64,000 nucleotides of DNA from Auanema rhodensis (lineage: Eukaryota > Animalia > Nematoda): contig OZ059899.1 in NCBI GenBank assembly GCA_964057225.1, positions 14,508,001 through 14,572,000 of the forward strand, read 5' to 3'. The notes beneath the pieces are model-generated. The model was given only the letters and a program-made list of their open reading frames with translations. It was not told where the DNA came from and ran no database searches. The first letter of the stretch is position 1; each line of letters begins with the position of its first letter. The position numbers were made by a program, and so were the translations under genes. This document shows, one piece after another, positions 1 through 13,072 of this stretch.

Positions 1-21
1 TTTTAACATAACAAACTTCAG

Positions 22-79
22 CAGACGTTCTCCTTCTCCGAGATATGACCGCAGACGTAGCCGCTCCCGTTCATATTAA
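22..79 (+). CDS. Terminal exon of an SR/RS-domain protein (Tra2/SRSF-like); rest of gene lies upstream of the window
   Basis: Acceptor ttcag ending at 21, then RRSPSPRYDRRRSRSRSY and TAA at 77-79. AATAAA at 159-164. The RRSPSP..RSRSRSY ending is typical of Tra2/SR splicing factors. Confidence 0.7.
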
Positions 80-220
80 TTACTTGTTTTTTTTTCTTTT
101 TGTTTCCATTACTTTGTTACCCTATTCCATGTTAATTGCTGTAGTTCTAAATGGTCTCAATAAACCGCGTGTTGCTTTATCTATTTACAATTTATACAAA
201 AAGAGGCTACAGGTCAAAGA

Positions 221-955
221 TCATGTATTCGGTAATTTCCTGTACACTTCGATGAAAATTTCTGGAACTCCTGTCTCCTGCTCTTGTTCCATCTTCAATA
301 GTTTTCTTCTGTACTTCTCCTGTCGTTGCCAAATAAGGTCTCTGAATTGGATCATTAAAAGAAATGGAAAAGATCCCTACCTTCTTAACATAGCTTTTTC
401 TTCACGTTCCAACTTTTCGTGCCGTTTTATATATAGATCAGAGCTTGTTTTTTCCTCGCAATGTTTTGTTCCACGCAGGGGGCATAGAGGTTCCATCTAA
501 AACAAATCCGAAAAAGTCAGAGAAAAATGATTATGTCATACGATCCGAAACTTCGGCACTTGTACTTCTTCATGTTTCACCACCAAATCGGGATTTTCAA
601 ACATTATCTCAAAATAAAATCGCGATTATTAATGGTTATAATTAAAAACCTTATTCGGGCAAATAGTGTGTTCCACTGATGTGTCAACGTTTTCCTTTTG
701 AGAAGGTGATTTGTTGTTACTTCGAAGAGGACGCATAATTTTATTCTGTAAAGTACAAGTAAATGTTGGGAAGAAAGTTATGAAAACAACCTCAGATTTG
801 AGTCCACACCCTTGATTAGGAGAGTTGAATGCTTCCAAAACACCTTTCGTTGTAGTTAATTTGCCTTTTTTATGCTGTCTGGTTTTTTTGTCATTTTCTT
901 TGATTATCCTATTTTCTTCTATTTTTTTAACTTTTTTTCTGCGACCTAGTGGCAT
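221..955 (-). CDS. PEHE-domain protein, MSL1/KANSL1 family (MOF/KAT8-binding), ~187 aa
   Basis: Five exons (955-791, 745-650, 607-542, 496-381, 341-221) with GT-AG introns of 45, 42, 45 and 39 nt that preserve frame. Spliced protein contains EEVQVPKFRIMEPL...EEKTSSDLYIKRHEKLEREEKAMLRRDLIWQRQEKYRRKLLK, matching the PEHE pattern (P..E..H..E), and has a basic NLS-like N-terminus (RRKKVKK). A possible extra 41-nt intron would instead give a ...FIEPLFV* end. Confidence 0.75.
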
Positions 956-1594
956 TTTACCAGTAGCAAGAAATTCTAAAATAGGAAAATAGACGAAAAA
1001 GGTAAATTTCAATTGCAATATAGATAAAATTCAAAAAGGAAATTGAGATAAGACTTGTCTTCGTAATGATTTTAAAACCTTCTAGAACAGTTTTAATGAG
1101 ATGATAGCAAGAATGAACGAATTCACATGAATTGCTTACTAAAACTTCAAAGATTCTCCTTGAAACAGAAAAATTGTGGTGTTTCAGTTTGAAAAATCAG
1201 GCGTGACAATTTGTGTCAGCACTTTTCTGACGCCATGAAAAAGCTCGACGCTGGCAAATGTGCTTCGCGACGGAAATGGCATATTACGTACTATGCTTTT
1301 GAAATGAATATATTAGTTACTTAATTATTTATAAATTTTTTACTTTGTAATTAAATTTATTTGTATGAGCATTATAACTGGGATAATATTCAACAATATA
1401 TTTGAAAATTGGAAAGCTGATAGGGTGCCTAATAGGGAATCGACAGTGTGTGAAAAACATATATAGTTGTTTAATTAATTTAAGTGTAAAACTCGTATAA
1501 AATATATAATTACTTTAATAGAAATGTTCAAGTTTAATAATTTACATGTATAATTTAAAAAAATTTTTCTTCATCAAAGACATTTGGGGGTGAT

Positions 1595-4500
1595 TTATGC
1601 TGACACTTTCTTTAAAGAACTAAGTCCACCGGCTTTTCGAATTTCTGCCATTAAACTTCCAACTAAATCCGAAGGCATAGGAGCCTGCTTTTCCACCTAA
1701 ACAATTGATTAATTTCTGTTTTTTTTAATTTTCAAATACTGGACTGGTTTTCTTAAGGATTGCTTTCTGATTGATCAAATCTCGTGAATTGATAAGTGGC
1801 GGAGCAACAGGAGGCGATGGTGGAACATTGTTATTATTAGATATGCTAGGTAGCCGCTTCGTGTTTGACGTGCTGAAATTTAAAAAATGAATTCTGGTTA
1901 TTTTCGTGACGTGACATCTTTTTTTTAAAACGTATGTTGCTCGATAAAGCGAATTTCATTTTTGTATTGTAATTGGCGTTAACCCGGTTGGTCATGAGAT
2001 TTGTCTCATGGCTACTGTTATCAATCATGTTCAATTAAGTTCTAGGTAATTTTTTTTCTTTTTGAATGTAGGTTCACCTCGGCGATGACAGTAGATTACT
2101 GGGAGGAGGAGGTGGTGGCGGTGGAACTACTGTAGTAGGGGTAGTAGTTAGAGATGGCGGTGGAGGGGGAGCTGCAGGAATGCTCGAAACCGGTGTGTTA
2201 GGTGCACTCTTTGACGTAGATGGAGACTGAAAAATAAAGTTTTAAATAAAATATTTCTCTTTTCACTGTTGCTTACCGTGTCTAAAACACGACCTAATGC
2301 GATTCCGCTTCTTTCTTTTGGAGCTCCAACAGAACGCAACACTGGGAAGTTGTTAGTTATTTCCGCTTCTAATGTCGTAGGCTTGGGAGAAATCGGGGTG
2401 TCGTAGCTCTTTCTTGATGGAAGAGTTTTAGCTTTTTCAGCTGGAATCAATTTCTTTGGCTTTCTTATTGGAGAGTTGAGTGGAGAGTTTGTAACTTGTG
2501 CTTCATTTGAAGTTATAACAGCACTCTTCAATATAACAGTCGAAACCGGCTCCTCAGTGTTGGCAGCAGGTGCGTTCAAATTTTTACGAACAAATTTGTT
2601 ATTATTCTTTTCGTTTGAGTTGATAAGATTACTATTTCCGCTGGTATTATAATGTGGTGACGATTTTGCAGTTGTTAACGTCTTAGATATTGTTGGGGAA
2701 CTTTTTGCCACTACTGATCTTCCAATCTCAATCGTCGTACCAGTGGCGTCAGTTCGAATGATATCAGATTTTTTTGTTTCTGGTTTTCTTTCCATAGAAA
2801 CGCGTTTGTCCACAGTGTTCACAGTTGTGACGACTGGTGACGTATCCTTGACGGGCGTTTTGGCAGCAACACTTGTACTGTTTGGTGTGGCATATGACGG
2901 TGTCGGGGAATCAAAGTATCGCAAACCGGTGATTGTTGGACTATCCTTGAGAGTGAAAGCTGATGGACGATTTACAACACTCGCGTTATCCGGCAAACGA
3001 GGGGTTGGAAGCTTCTGCGTCACGTGTGGCAGTTTAGGGCTGCTCATCTTGTTCGGAGGATGTCTGACTCTATCTTCAACACTAACTGAGTTAACAACGA
3101 CTTGGCTGCTCCATCGAGTCATATGAGGAATCGGTGTACTGGGAACAGGAGGAGGAATAGGTGATGTAGCTTTCGACGTAATTGTGGGTGACTTCATATT
3201 CATTGGAGAACGATGTACATGGTAAGTCGCCTTCGTAATATTTTCTTTTTTTGAAGTGGATGTGGTTATGACAGTCGAATTTGGTGGAACTCTAGGTGAA
3301 GAGGGCGAAAGCCTTGGTTTCGGGCTAGATTTGCCTTGTGCTTCCTTATAAGATCCTGTTTCTGACTTTGGTGAGACAGGCGAAGGAGAAGGTAATGACG
3401 ACATTGAAATGCGTTTAAGCTCCTGCTCTTTTCGCATGAGATCTCTAGCATCCTAAACGTATAATTTGAAATCTAGACTTGAATTTATGTCTCTTACCTC
3501 AGCAATACGATCTATAGCTTTCTGTTTCTCATCGCTTGACTTTCGTTGCGGCTTTGTTGTTCGGATGACGTTTGAATTAATATCAAGTGTTGATGTTTTT
3601 GATATTGGAGATCTATTCGAAAGCTTGGGTGAATTACCCTTTACAACACCTGAATCAGCGCTATCTTCAGAAGCTGCTGGTGAAATCGAAGAAGATTTTG
3701 GTGTTACAGGTCTAAGAATAAGATTTTGAAAAACACGAACAAAAACCATCGTTAACGTACCTTGAAGTTCCAGGGGAAGAAAAGGGTGAAGGTGACAACG
3801 GTTTCACCATATTAATGCTTTGTTGACCGGCTACTATCGTTAACGGTGTTCTAATTGGAGCAGGGACTCTGAAGTTTTGTCATTTTTAAAACATCAAGCA
3901 TGAAGCTGTACGTCAAACCTTGGTTGGAAGAGATCAGGTGCTAATGATGGACGTTTCTTCCTGTCAATTGTCTTTAATGACATTGTGTCATTAGTATACA
4001 GGCCACTTTCTCTAACAAGACTCATTACTTCATCATGATCTCTATAAAGCTCAACCTAAACTAATGATTTGTAAGAATAATTCTAAAAACTGGTCTTGCC
4101 TGTAGCTTTTTGACCTCTTCTGTTTCACCTGAAATTGATTTCAAGGCTTTCCATCTACTGAATTTAGCAGCTAGAGCTTCGTACTTGTTCTCAAGAATGA
4201 TTTCTTCTTTTGATCTAGAAATAGCCTTAGGCGATTCTTTTGGACCCATAGTTTGCTTTTGCTGCTTGTTAACATTATCCGATAGTCTGGGTTTAACGGG
4301 TTCCGATACAACTGATGAAATATCAGCAGCCTTTCTAGACGGTTTAGCAGGCTGTTTAGGCTGTGGTACAACGGGTGAAGATAAAGCTTGCCCTGCCGTT
4401 ACAGGTGATACTGGTGCAGCAGATGATGTAGCATGGACTGAAACTGTTGGCGGTGTTGGAGCTGAAAACAAATGAACCATATGCTATGTGCATTAGCTGT

Positions 4501-7500
4501 TTACCAGCTCGCTTTTTGGATGTTGAAACAACACTATCATTCTCGAATACGGACGGTGGCAACGGAGCTCTTTGTTTCGGACGACCATCATATCGCGTGA
4601 CGGAAATTGATTTCAACCTATAGAACAAATAATAATGATAATAAAAAAGAAAATGATGTACTTGTAATCATCGCTAAGTTGAAAATTCGATTGCCGCTCA
4701 ATGTGTGGGACATCGGAAATAGGTTCGGGCGACAGTGCTGATGATGATCTAATGGTGCCATGAGGAGAATAGTGAATAACACCAGCTTGTATCATAGCCG
4801 AAGCAGAGATGTTCGAAGAGTTAGAGCAGCTGGTAGTTGAACGATCTCTAGCCTGCAAATAGATATGATCAGCGTTTTATTAGCACAATGACATGGCATT
4901 GTTGTGATGTAGTTAAGCCATTTATATATAAAAATATAATAAAATGAAATGAAAATTGAAAAGAAAAGGAAAAGCAACAAAAAAATGAAAGAAAAGTGAA
5001 AGAGCCGATGGGTTTGATCGATTTCTACTGACCAGGAGATCGGTGACGGCTCGAAAAGCTGACAAGCTGTGTCTATCCTGTCAACGCAAATCTCCCTTTT
5101 GTGGCGGCAGCGTTGCAAAAAAAATTTTTTTCAGCTTACCACTTCTTCATCGTTCACAACGTCTTGTACGGGATTCAAGTCTGCCTCGAATTTCGTATTG
5201 TCAGAAACAATTTTTAGAGGCTCGGCTTTCATTTCTCGTTGTTTGGAAATTACTTCAGGAGCATGTTGTGACTGTTTTATCTCCGTTGGTTTCCTGCTAC
5301 TCTTCTCTCCATTCACATCAACAGCTGAAATCATTTGTGTTTATAGTTAGTTAGTATCATCACATGATCTTACCTCTTTCCTCGTATGGCTGATCAATCA
5401 AAGGAGGTGGGGGTGCTACTTTGGGCTTTTTCTTTTTTGCGTTTTGCGTTTTTGAATCTGTCGTTTTGGTTTTGCCTGATTGATTGGAAGTTGAGGATTC
5501 GATGAGCGCAGGCTCTTCCTTAGTAGGCTGATCAATCTGTTCTTCTGATACAATAGTGCTACGGTACGAAATAGGCGTAGAAGGTATAATGCTATTGATC
5601 TCAGATAAACTGAAATAAATAGAATTGAAGAATGACGTTTCTTGATTGAAATTAAAAGAATGAAGAAACAGAGGGGTAGTTCTCTGAATATATATCACAA
5701 TGAAACGGATTTCATGACACGGCTCATAACGATGGGAAAGGTTGATGACAAACTACTTCTGCCTGGGAATCTCACGTCGTTACGTTAAGTTTAACGGTAA
5801 GAACGTCAACGCAAATAGCCTCAGTTAATTTATAACATAATAATAATTAGTATAGTTAGTATAGTTAATAAGATATATGGAATTAGTAATACATATAATG
5901 ATTTTCAATGTAATGCGTTCTAACTCTATACTACTACAAGTTGACATACGATATTGAAAAGACTGTATAAGAGCTTATTCTATACTTCTCTCTTTAATCT
6001 ATACTGATGCCATATTAGTTGTAGTATATGGATAAGAAGTCAGAATATACACACCATCGTTGTGTCTGTTATCTCTTCCAAGTGCTAGATGTCTCATAAG
6101 AGTCTCAACATTTCTCAGAATGTCAGATAGATGGTCCTTTATAAGCGAGGCAACACTTTGGTATTTACCTTTAGATGAAGAGAACTGACACGGTTGTCCT
6201 GTGTGAACTCAAACATAACTCTACGTCAAATATTCGCAGATTTTAATGGTTTGTCCATATAAACAAATGCATAATCTCAGGGTTATTATAGGTTTTTCAA
6301 GTTTTATTGAACAGAATATATTTCTTTGGAATTTCAAGCTCAAGTTTTATTGACAATAATATGATTAATCAACCACATTTTTTCATGGAAATGATAAGAA
6401 GAAAAAGAATATTATGATATAATGATATGATTGAGTTTCATAATCATGCGATGACGCTCTACTTTTCACAAGCATTGTTGAAGCTTTATATTTAAGGTGC
6501 AAAACCCTAGTAAACATAACGGTTTTCAGGGGGTTCTTGGTCAAAATTTGAACGAAAATATAGAAGAATTGACACGTGAGCACGTGAAAGGACATATTTG
6601 CTGTTCGTATTGAAGAGGAAAAAATGTTTTTGTGAACAGTAAAAGAATATAAAAGAAAATGCAGAAAGAGAGAAGAGGATTTGTGAATTGTTCAGTGGAG
6701 TGAAAGAAGAACTTTCATAACGTAAAAGTGTTGGATGAGTTGACAACTAAGCAATTAACTCAGTTTTGATGTTGATGGTCGCACACTGATGTAACCTGAA
6801 GCCTACAAATAGTCGTCAACTAGCTTGCTACTTCGACTTTGTACAGTAAACACACAACAAAATCAGACAATTCAACATGATAGAATGCAAGATTGTTCTT
6901 GTAATTATCAGTAATAAGAAGAAAATTGGTTAGGTGGTGTGCATTACGATAACAGGTCGAGTATGATGTTGATTTTTACGTTGACATTGGAAATATAAAA
7001 TGAAAATAGAGGATGAGGGAGACTAATCATGATGTATACAAGGGAAAGTTGAAGAATCTGTCGAATATGCGATCTGAATCGGATTCTGAATCTCAAACAA
7101 TCGTCCTCTAACCCTCGCGTATAGGAATCATTTACATAAAGCGAAGTAGAAAACCGTTATATATTGAATATATGTATATCCATTAGTGTTAACTATATGT
7201 ATAGTGACACTTGAATCAAATTACACTGACAGATGAGAAATCGTTGATCTTTTCAAGTTTTATGAAAATGCTAAAGCTTTTATAAAAATGCCACAAAATC
7301 TATTATTATATGTTATAATTCTATTTTTGATAGCAGAAAACTGTGGGTATAGCTTAGCAATTTACATTATTCAGTCATGTGTCAGCTGTTTCGATTTTTT
7401 TTGGTTTGCCGCTCAGACCAATTTTAAACATTTTCAGCTGAGTTGAAGTCATCCAAAAAGGAAACAGGACACAATAGGAAGCTATATAAATCCGGGCGTC

Positions 7501-8187
7501 TGTATAGCTATTTGAGAAGTGACATACAGACTAGCATACAACGGTTGCGAGATTGAGGACAAATCGCTGTAGTTTGATGCTGGCGGTATGAGAAGGAAGA
7601 GAGGAAAATTCGGAGGGATAACAACGATGATGTCGCTCTCTGTTTGGATGTCAACTCATACGCGATTGAGGATATATTGAAAGCGGACAAGATGATGATG
7701 AAGAAGGAAGCTTATAAAAATAAAAAATTAAATTCTCTATATATCTCTCTCTCTTTATGTTTTCCGCTCTTTCTATATTTCAGTATGAATATATACGGAC
7801 CTGTTCTCGACCATTTTGTTGTCAGCTGTAACGGGCTGTGGAGCTTTCGACTGACTGTTCTCTGTATCTAGCTCTGCTGATGCTGGTTCCTTCGACTTCT
7901 AAAAACGGAATAAGACGGCTTGTTCCATATTTGCTTAGCAACATGTAAAAGTTTTTTTTCTTTTAGAAACTGTATGGATACATAAACAGATGAAGCTATT
8001 ACAAACAATATGCTTACAGTATGGATCAACCATCACGAAAAACATGCAGAAAGTGTTTTTGAAACTTTTCAATTCGTTATTGTTACTTTAATAGATAAGA
8101 GTACATGAAATTTGGTGAAAAAATTTAAAAATAACTTACTCCTCTTCGAAAAAGGGAAGAAAGTATTCCATTTTTCTTCTTGGCCAT
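1595..8187 (-). CDS. Large Ser/Pro-rich WH2-domain actin-binding protein with KRAP-like motifs (Cordon-bleu/COBLL1-like architecture), ~1,150-1,200 aa
   Basis: Frame-consistent exon chain from ATG 8187 (MAKKKNGILSSLFRRG, 8187-8140) through exons near 7.8, 6.8, 6.1, 5.6-5.4, 5.3-5.1, 5.07, 4.85-4.66, 4.6-4.5, 4.46-4.1, 4.05-3.5 kb, then ~3452-2277, ~2226-2078, 1872-1740 and 1696-1595. Last exon encodes VEKQAPMPSDLVGSLMAEIRKAGGLSSLKKVSA* (WH2), preceded by polyproline. Exons upstream of 5.6 kb are less certain. Confidence 0.75.
1598..1696 (-). other. C-terminal WH2 (G-actin-binding) motif
   Basis: LMAEIRKAGGLSSLKKV fits the WH2 pattern of an amphipathic helix followed by an LKKV motif. A second degenerate copy, SRDLINQKAILKKTSP, lies in the preceding exon (1740-1790). 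Confidence 0.8.
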
Positions 8188-10101
8188 ATTCTCTTGACCA
8201 AGTATTCAAGTCCTGCAAATATTTTAGTTAAATTTGTTAATTATAGGATATAATAACCATATTTAATATAAAAAGTTCAAAAAGAAAAACGTTTGAGATG
8301 TTGGAAAAATATTGAATAAAAAAGAAAATTTGATTTTAGCACGCCAGTTAGTAGGCGGTACTGAACAACTATATGGTCCCCCATAAAACGATCGTCTGGA
8401 AGAAGTGTGTTGGCCGGGTGAACCACATTTCGAAGAGTTAAACAGGAGGTAACGCTACAGAGGAAGCTCAAAAACGGTTGATAAGCTTTAACTCATAAAG
8501 GTTATGATTCTGATACATAATGAGGTGGTATGAATCGAGGTAATTGTAAAGTTAAGGAAGAGGGAACAGTTAATGTTGGCATTCAAACTATTTGATTGTT
8601 AAAAGTCTGCGGAATGTAAAAGGATGCCGACTTGAGAACATGGTGGTTATGACGATAAGAAGAATAATGAATTCGTTATGCTAGACCTGTATATGATATA
8701 TTATACTAATTAATATTATTATTATTATTATTGTATAATTGTGAAATGTTTATTATAGTTCATACGATTTAAAAAGCAAAAATAATGCATGAAAGCTGCT
8801 ACATGAATAGACAGAACTATCAGAATTGCATTTGCGTATTGCAAATCAGAGAGAAAACGCATTGTGAAGTAGAAGAAACAGAGAGAGTTTAAAGCATCAA
8901 AGTCATAAATGAAAAGTTTGAAAAGATTAAAAGTTGATGAGAATAATGTGAGTGCACAATACTAAAAATGGAAAAATGAGGTGGGAGAGGAAGAGTAGGT
9001 TCATGTGAATAAATGACTAGAACGAACGCGATAAGGAAATGCCACATCAAACGCTATCGATTATACAAAACCAGGTAAGGAAATTGATTAATTTCAAATT
9101 CAAGCTCAGACATTTGCTAGTGTTCCTAATTTCTATCGATTATGCTTTTAGTGTGGAAGTTTGTACTAAGCTTTACCATAGAATGAATTCAATATGGAGC
9201 GAAAAGACGAAAAAAACAACAAAAATGCTTCTGAACAACATGCTTCTTCATAGAGTATTGATGACTAGTGATTATACAGTTTAAGGAAAAAGAAGGGAGA
9301 GATGAACCGTTAAACTAACATATGAATATTTGAAATACATGTTTCATTAAGGAAAATGCTCAATTATTGAAAATATTGTTATAGTACTATTATTAGCGAT
9401 TATAGCAAATTGATAATAAATACGTAAGAAGGAACAATACTATGTTGATAGATAGAGCTTAGTTAGAAAGTTAGTTAGACGTATAGTAATGGCAGACATA
9501 ATATAAATAGCATAAACAGTAATCGAATGTGAGAGAGATAAAAGACAGAAAAAGTGAATGAAAAGAGAGGAGAGTGTAAAGAGGATAGTCGTCTGCTTGA
9601 ACAGAAAGGTTGGTAAGAAAGTTAGGAAGCATGATAACGTATATGAATAATAAAAAAATGTTTGTTTGATGTATGGTGGTGGTATTGCCAATACATACTA
9701 TGCGTGTGTGTGTGTGTGTGCCAATAATATAAGAAAATGTGGATTTTACTATATATATATGAATATATAGCTTCTTCTTCTTCTATATATGGTACTTTTC
9801 TTTGTATAATACTATAATATATAGTTGTAGTACTATATGAATTTTAAAATCATTAAGATTACACATCTCTATGTTCTATGTTTCAATGAAAAGTGGAAGA
9901 AAAGATGGATACGTTAGATGAATCATGTACATGCATATAGTTATGAATAAGTACAAGACTTTCATTAAGTTATTCAGAAAGTCAGTGTAAGAAATGAATG
10001 TAATTATGACGTCATATAATACTTCCGTTCTTGAATAGTAAATGCAGTTCTGACCTCTAAACCTTGAAATAGTATTACTACAGATGCATCAAATGAAATT
10101 A

Positions 10102-10144
10102 AAATTTGGGTAAAACCATAACTTAAATTTGGGTAAAACCATAA
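10102..10144. repeat. Short tandem duplication, 20-bp unit at 23-bp period
   Basis: aaatttgggtaaaaccataa at 10102 and 10125. Confidence 0.85.
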
Positions 10145-13034
10145 TGCAATGAGATCAAAATGTTGAATAAAAGTGCGTTGGGTCAATATTCTGAGTGATG
10201 AACCACGTGTAGAAAAAAATTTTAGAAATGAAAGCTTGGTATTGAGCAAAGCTAGATAACACGTTTGCTCGAAACGGAGCAAATGCTACTGCAAACGAAA
10301 GGAAGAAAAAAAGAGATTAGTGAATCATTATAGAAATCATGATCGATATGATATTATCAAGAGTGGGCATAACTGGATAGTTTAATTGAATGCAATATAA
10401 TCTGTAAAATGAAGTTACGAATTGTGTTTTTTTTATGTCGTCGAGGCATTCGGGAAGACGAATCTACATCGTCGATTGAGAAGTCATCCGGTGAACGAGG
10501 TCAGCCAGCTGACGACTTACTGTCACAGATTGGCAGGAAAACGGTAAAAAAAGGAAAGCGGAAAAGGTAAAAAGGTTGTGAAAGAGATAGCAAAGGGTCA
10601 GCGCACGTCATCTGTGAGTACTCTTCATAAGGGAGTGGAGCTGTCATCAGTATATCAAGACATAGCGAATGGCATAAAGGATAGAAAAACAAATAGTTAT
10701 GTGAGTTATTAAGAATAGTTAGGATGATCATGTTTCTTGTTAGATATTTCATGTTTCTTAACGATGAGGTCAAGACAAATGAATGCAGCTAGTGAGATAC
10801 TAATGTCTGTTATCTAGACAACGTTAAAATGAAACTGAGGACGAGTTCATAAAATGATTCTGAGAAGGATGAACAACGAGAAATCGAGAAAGAAAGAAGG
10901 ATGTGATGTAGTTGAATGGGTGGGATTTAGCTAGAACACTTTTTCTTTTTTCTCTTTTTTACTCATTTTCCTAGCCTATTGACCATACTCTTCAATAGCC
11001 ATATAACTATAAATAGTTTTAAATGGATGAATCTGTACACTCGTTTTAACTGGATAAATTCAATGAAACTATCCACTTATTAATGGCTCCGTATATAGAT
11101 AATATAAGCTAAGAGAAGGAGGACGAGAAGTAAAAAAGTCGCAGAAAAACCTGATGTGATCATGCATGCTGATGTTGATGGAATATGCGACGATTTCACA
11201 GTATAGTATAATAAGTGTGATTGATCTTTTGATGTTATATATATAATAATAAAAATAATATCTTTATATATATATATATATAGTTCCGGAACGAAAAATA
11301 AGGAAAAGAATAGATAAAAGGTAATTACTGTATTGTATCTTGTTCAACAATAAGCTTATAACACTTTTATATCCTCGATAATGAGGATTATAAGTGATGA
11401 ACTGCCACGAAATCAGTTCAATAGCATTTGAAACGAATGTCGAACTTTTTTTTCAAATAAATAAGATTTCAATTCTACTGATAAGAAATGCAACAAGAGG
11501 ATTTGTCGAAATCAGGAAAGAACACACAGGCAGCAATGCAATTTTACAATTATTTGGCAAATGCGTAGAAATTTGGAGAAAAATGAAGTATTACAAGAGC
11601 ACAAGAGGGGGAAGAGAAGAAAGAGGAGGAGCTTTTACCAGGAAGATTCATCGTTTTCATTTTTAAACAACACAAGTCTGAATTGTGGTCAAATAAGACC
11701 TAAAAAGGCTATAGAGTTGAGATGTTGATAGAATGACATAGAAGTTATTGTCATGTGGTCAGAATTGAATTTGAAAGCTTTATGGTCACCTTAGCACAGT
11801 ATGAGATCATGACAAGAGTTCACGGATCTGAATAAACTGTAAGAAGAAGAGGTCTTGAAAAAGTCATACAAGAGTTATGAGAAGGAAAGGAAAGGTTCAA
11901 TAAATGTTAACTAAATGTTCAACAAAAAAGATAAAGAAAAATGGAATACGCTGAAAGTGAGAATATATGGGAAGCAACGAGTGTTTCGAAGCTTAATAAC
12001 AGTAAAATTGGCAAAAATAAAAAATTTGTAAAAAAAAGTGTAGTGAGAGCAGATACGAATATACATATATATCAAAGAACACGGCGACAAGAAAAAGAAT
12101 TGTCGGCCGCGAATTGTCTAGTTCATGCTAGTCTACTAAGCTCCAATGAGCTGACTTGAAGATATTCTCATTCTTCTGCGATCGCATGTTCCCTTTTTCT
12201 CTTCATCGTTGTCGGAAGATGAAGAAGCCAAGTGGATGGATGTGTAAAGACTCATCTCACACAATGAAAACGAAACAATTCTTCGAAGAAGAACAGAGTG
12301 TCATCGTTGTCCAGCAGCACAGTTCAGCATGTTGAACAGAGCGAACACGTCCTCGTCAAGTCGTTTCTCTCGTATTTAGTAGTAGCACATTCATTTCGGA
12401 CCTGTTGACATAACGTGTCGGCATAGTGTCCTCTTGTCGTTCGTCTTCTAATTCATATGTATATTTCACTTTCTTTCTGAACTTTATTTCATACAGTGTA
12501 GCTTTTCAACTATAATTCTACTAAGATTGAAGTTGCATATGCAGAGTATGGAATATGCGTTTCAAATAAACAAAACTGCTATGCAATATGGGAATTTAGA
12601 ATCTTTAGTTATAAGCTTGTCTAGGTTATGAAGATAGGCTGGAAACGAACAATAAAAATTTTAAGTAACAAGGAAAAGGGAGCGTAGAGTTTACAGCAAA
12701 TTAGTTAGATCGTGCAACCAGAGGATATAAGTATAGTGGTAATAAGGAAATACTCTATGACTCAAATTGGACATACAAAGCATATCGTTATAACGGAAGG
12801 GTCACTTTTGAATAAAAAAAAAGCGTGAACTGTACATACGAGAGAGATGTAGAAAGAGAGAGAGAGGGGGAGAAGAGAGGAGATAGCGAGAGTCCGTTCT
12901 GCACATCATCAGATGTGAAAAGCAAATAATGAAATAGAAGAAAAAAATAGAATAACGAATGGATGATAGTCATCTTCTTATAGTCTTCACTCTCTATCTC
13001 TTTCTACTTCTATATATATATCTTTAACTACTTC

Positions 13035-13038
<4 letters not shown>

Positions 13039-13069
<31 letters not shown>
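13039..13069. repeat. (CT)n microsatellite
   Basis: Perfect dinucleotide run. Confidence 0.95.

Positions 13070-13072
<3 letters not shown>

Noticed and set aside
45-500. 151-aa + strand ORF
   Set aside because: Runs through a 3'UTR and antisense to the PEHE gene; no coding character.
1873-2077. 62-aa ORF or alternative stop exon inside the 205-nt intron before the WH2 exons
   Set aside because: Would need a ~35-nt intron or a phase mismatch; insufficient support.
2743-5354. + strand ORFs (2743-3126, 3466-3729, 4110-4475, 5043-5354)
   Set aside because: Antisense shadows of the minus-strand Ser/Pro-rich exons.
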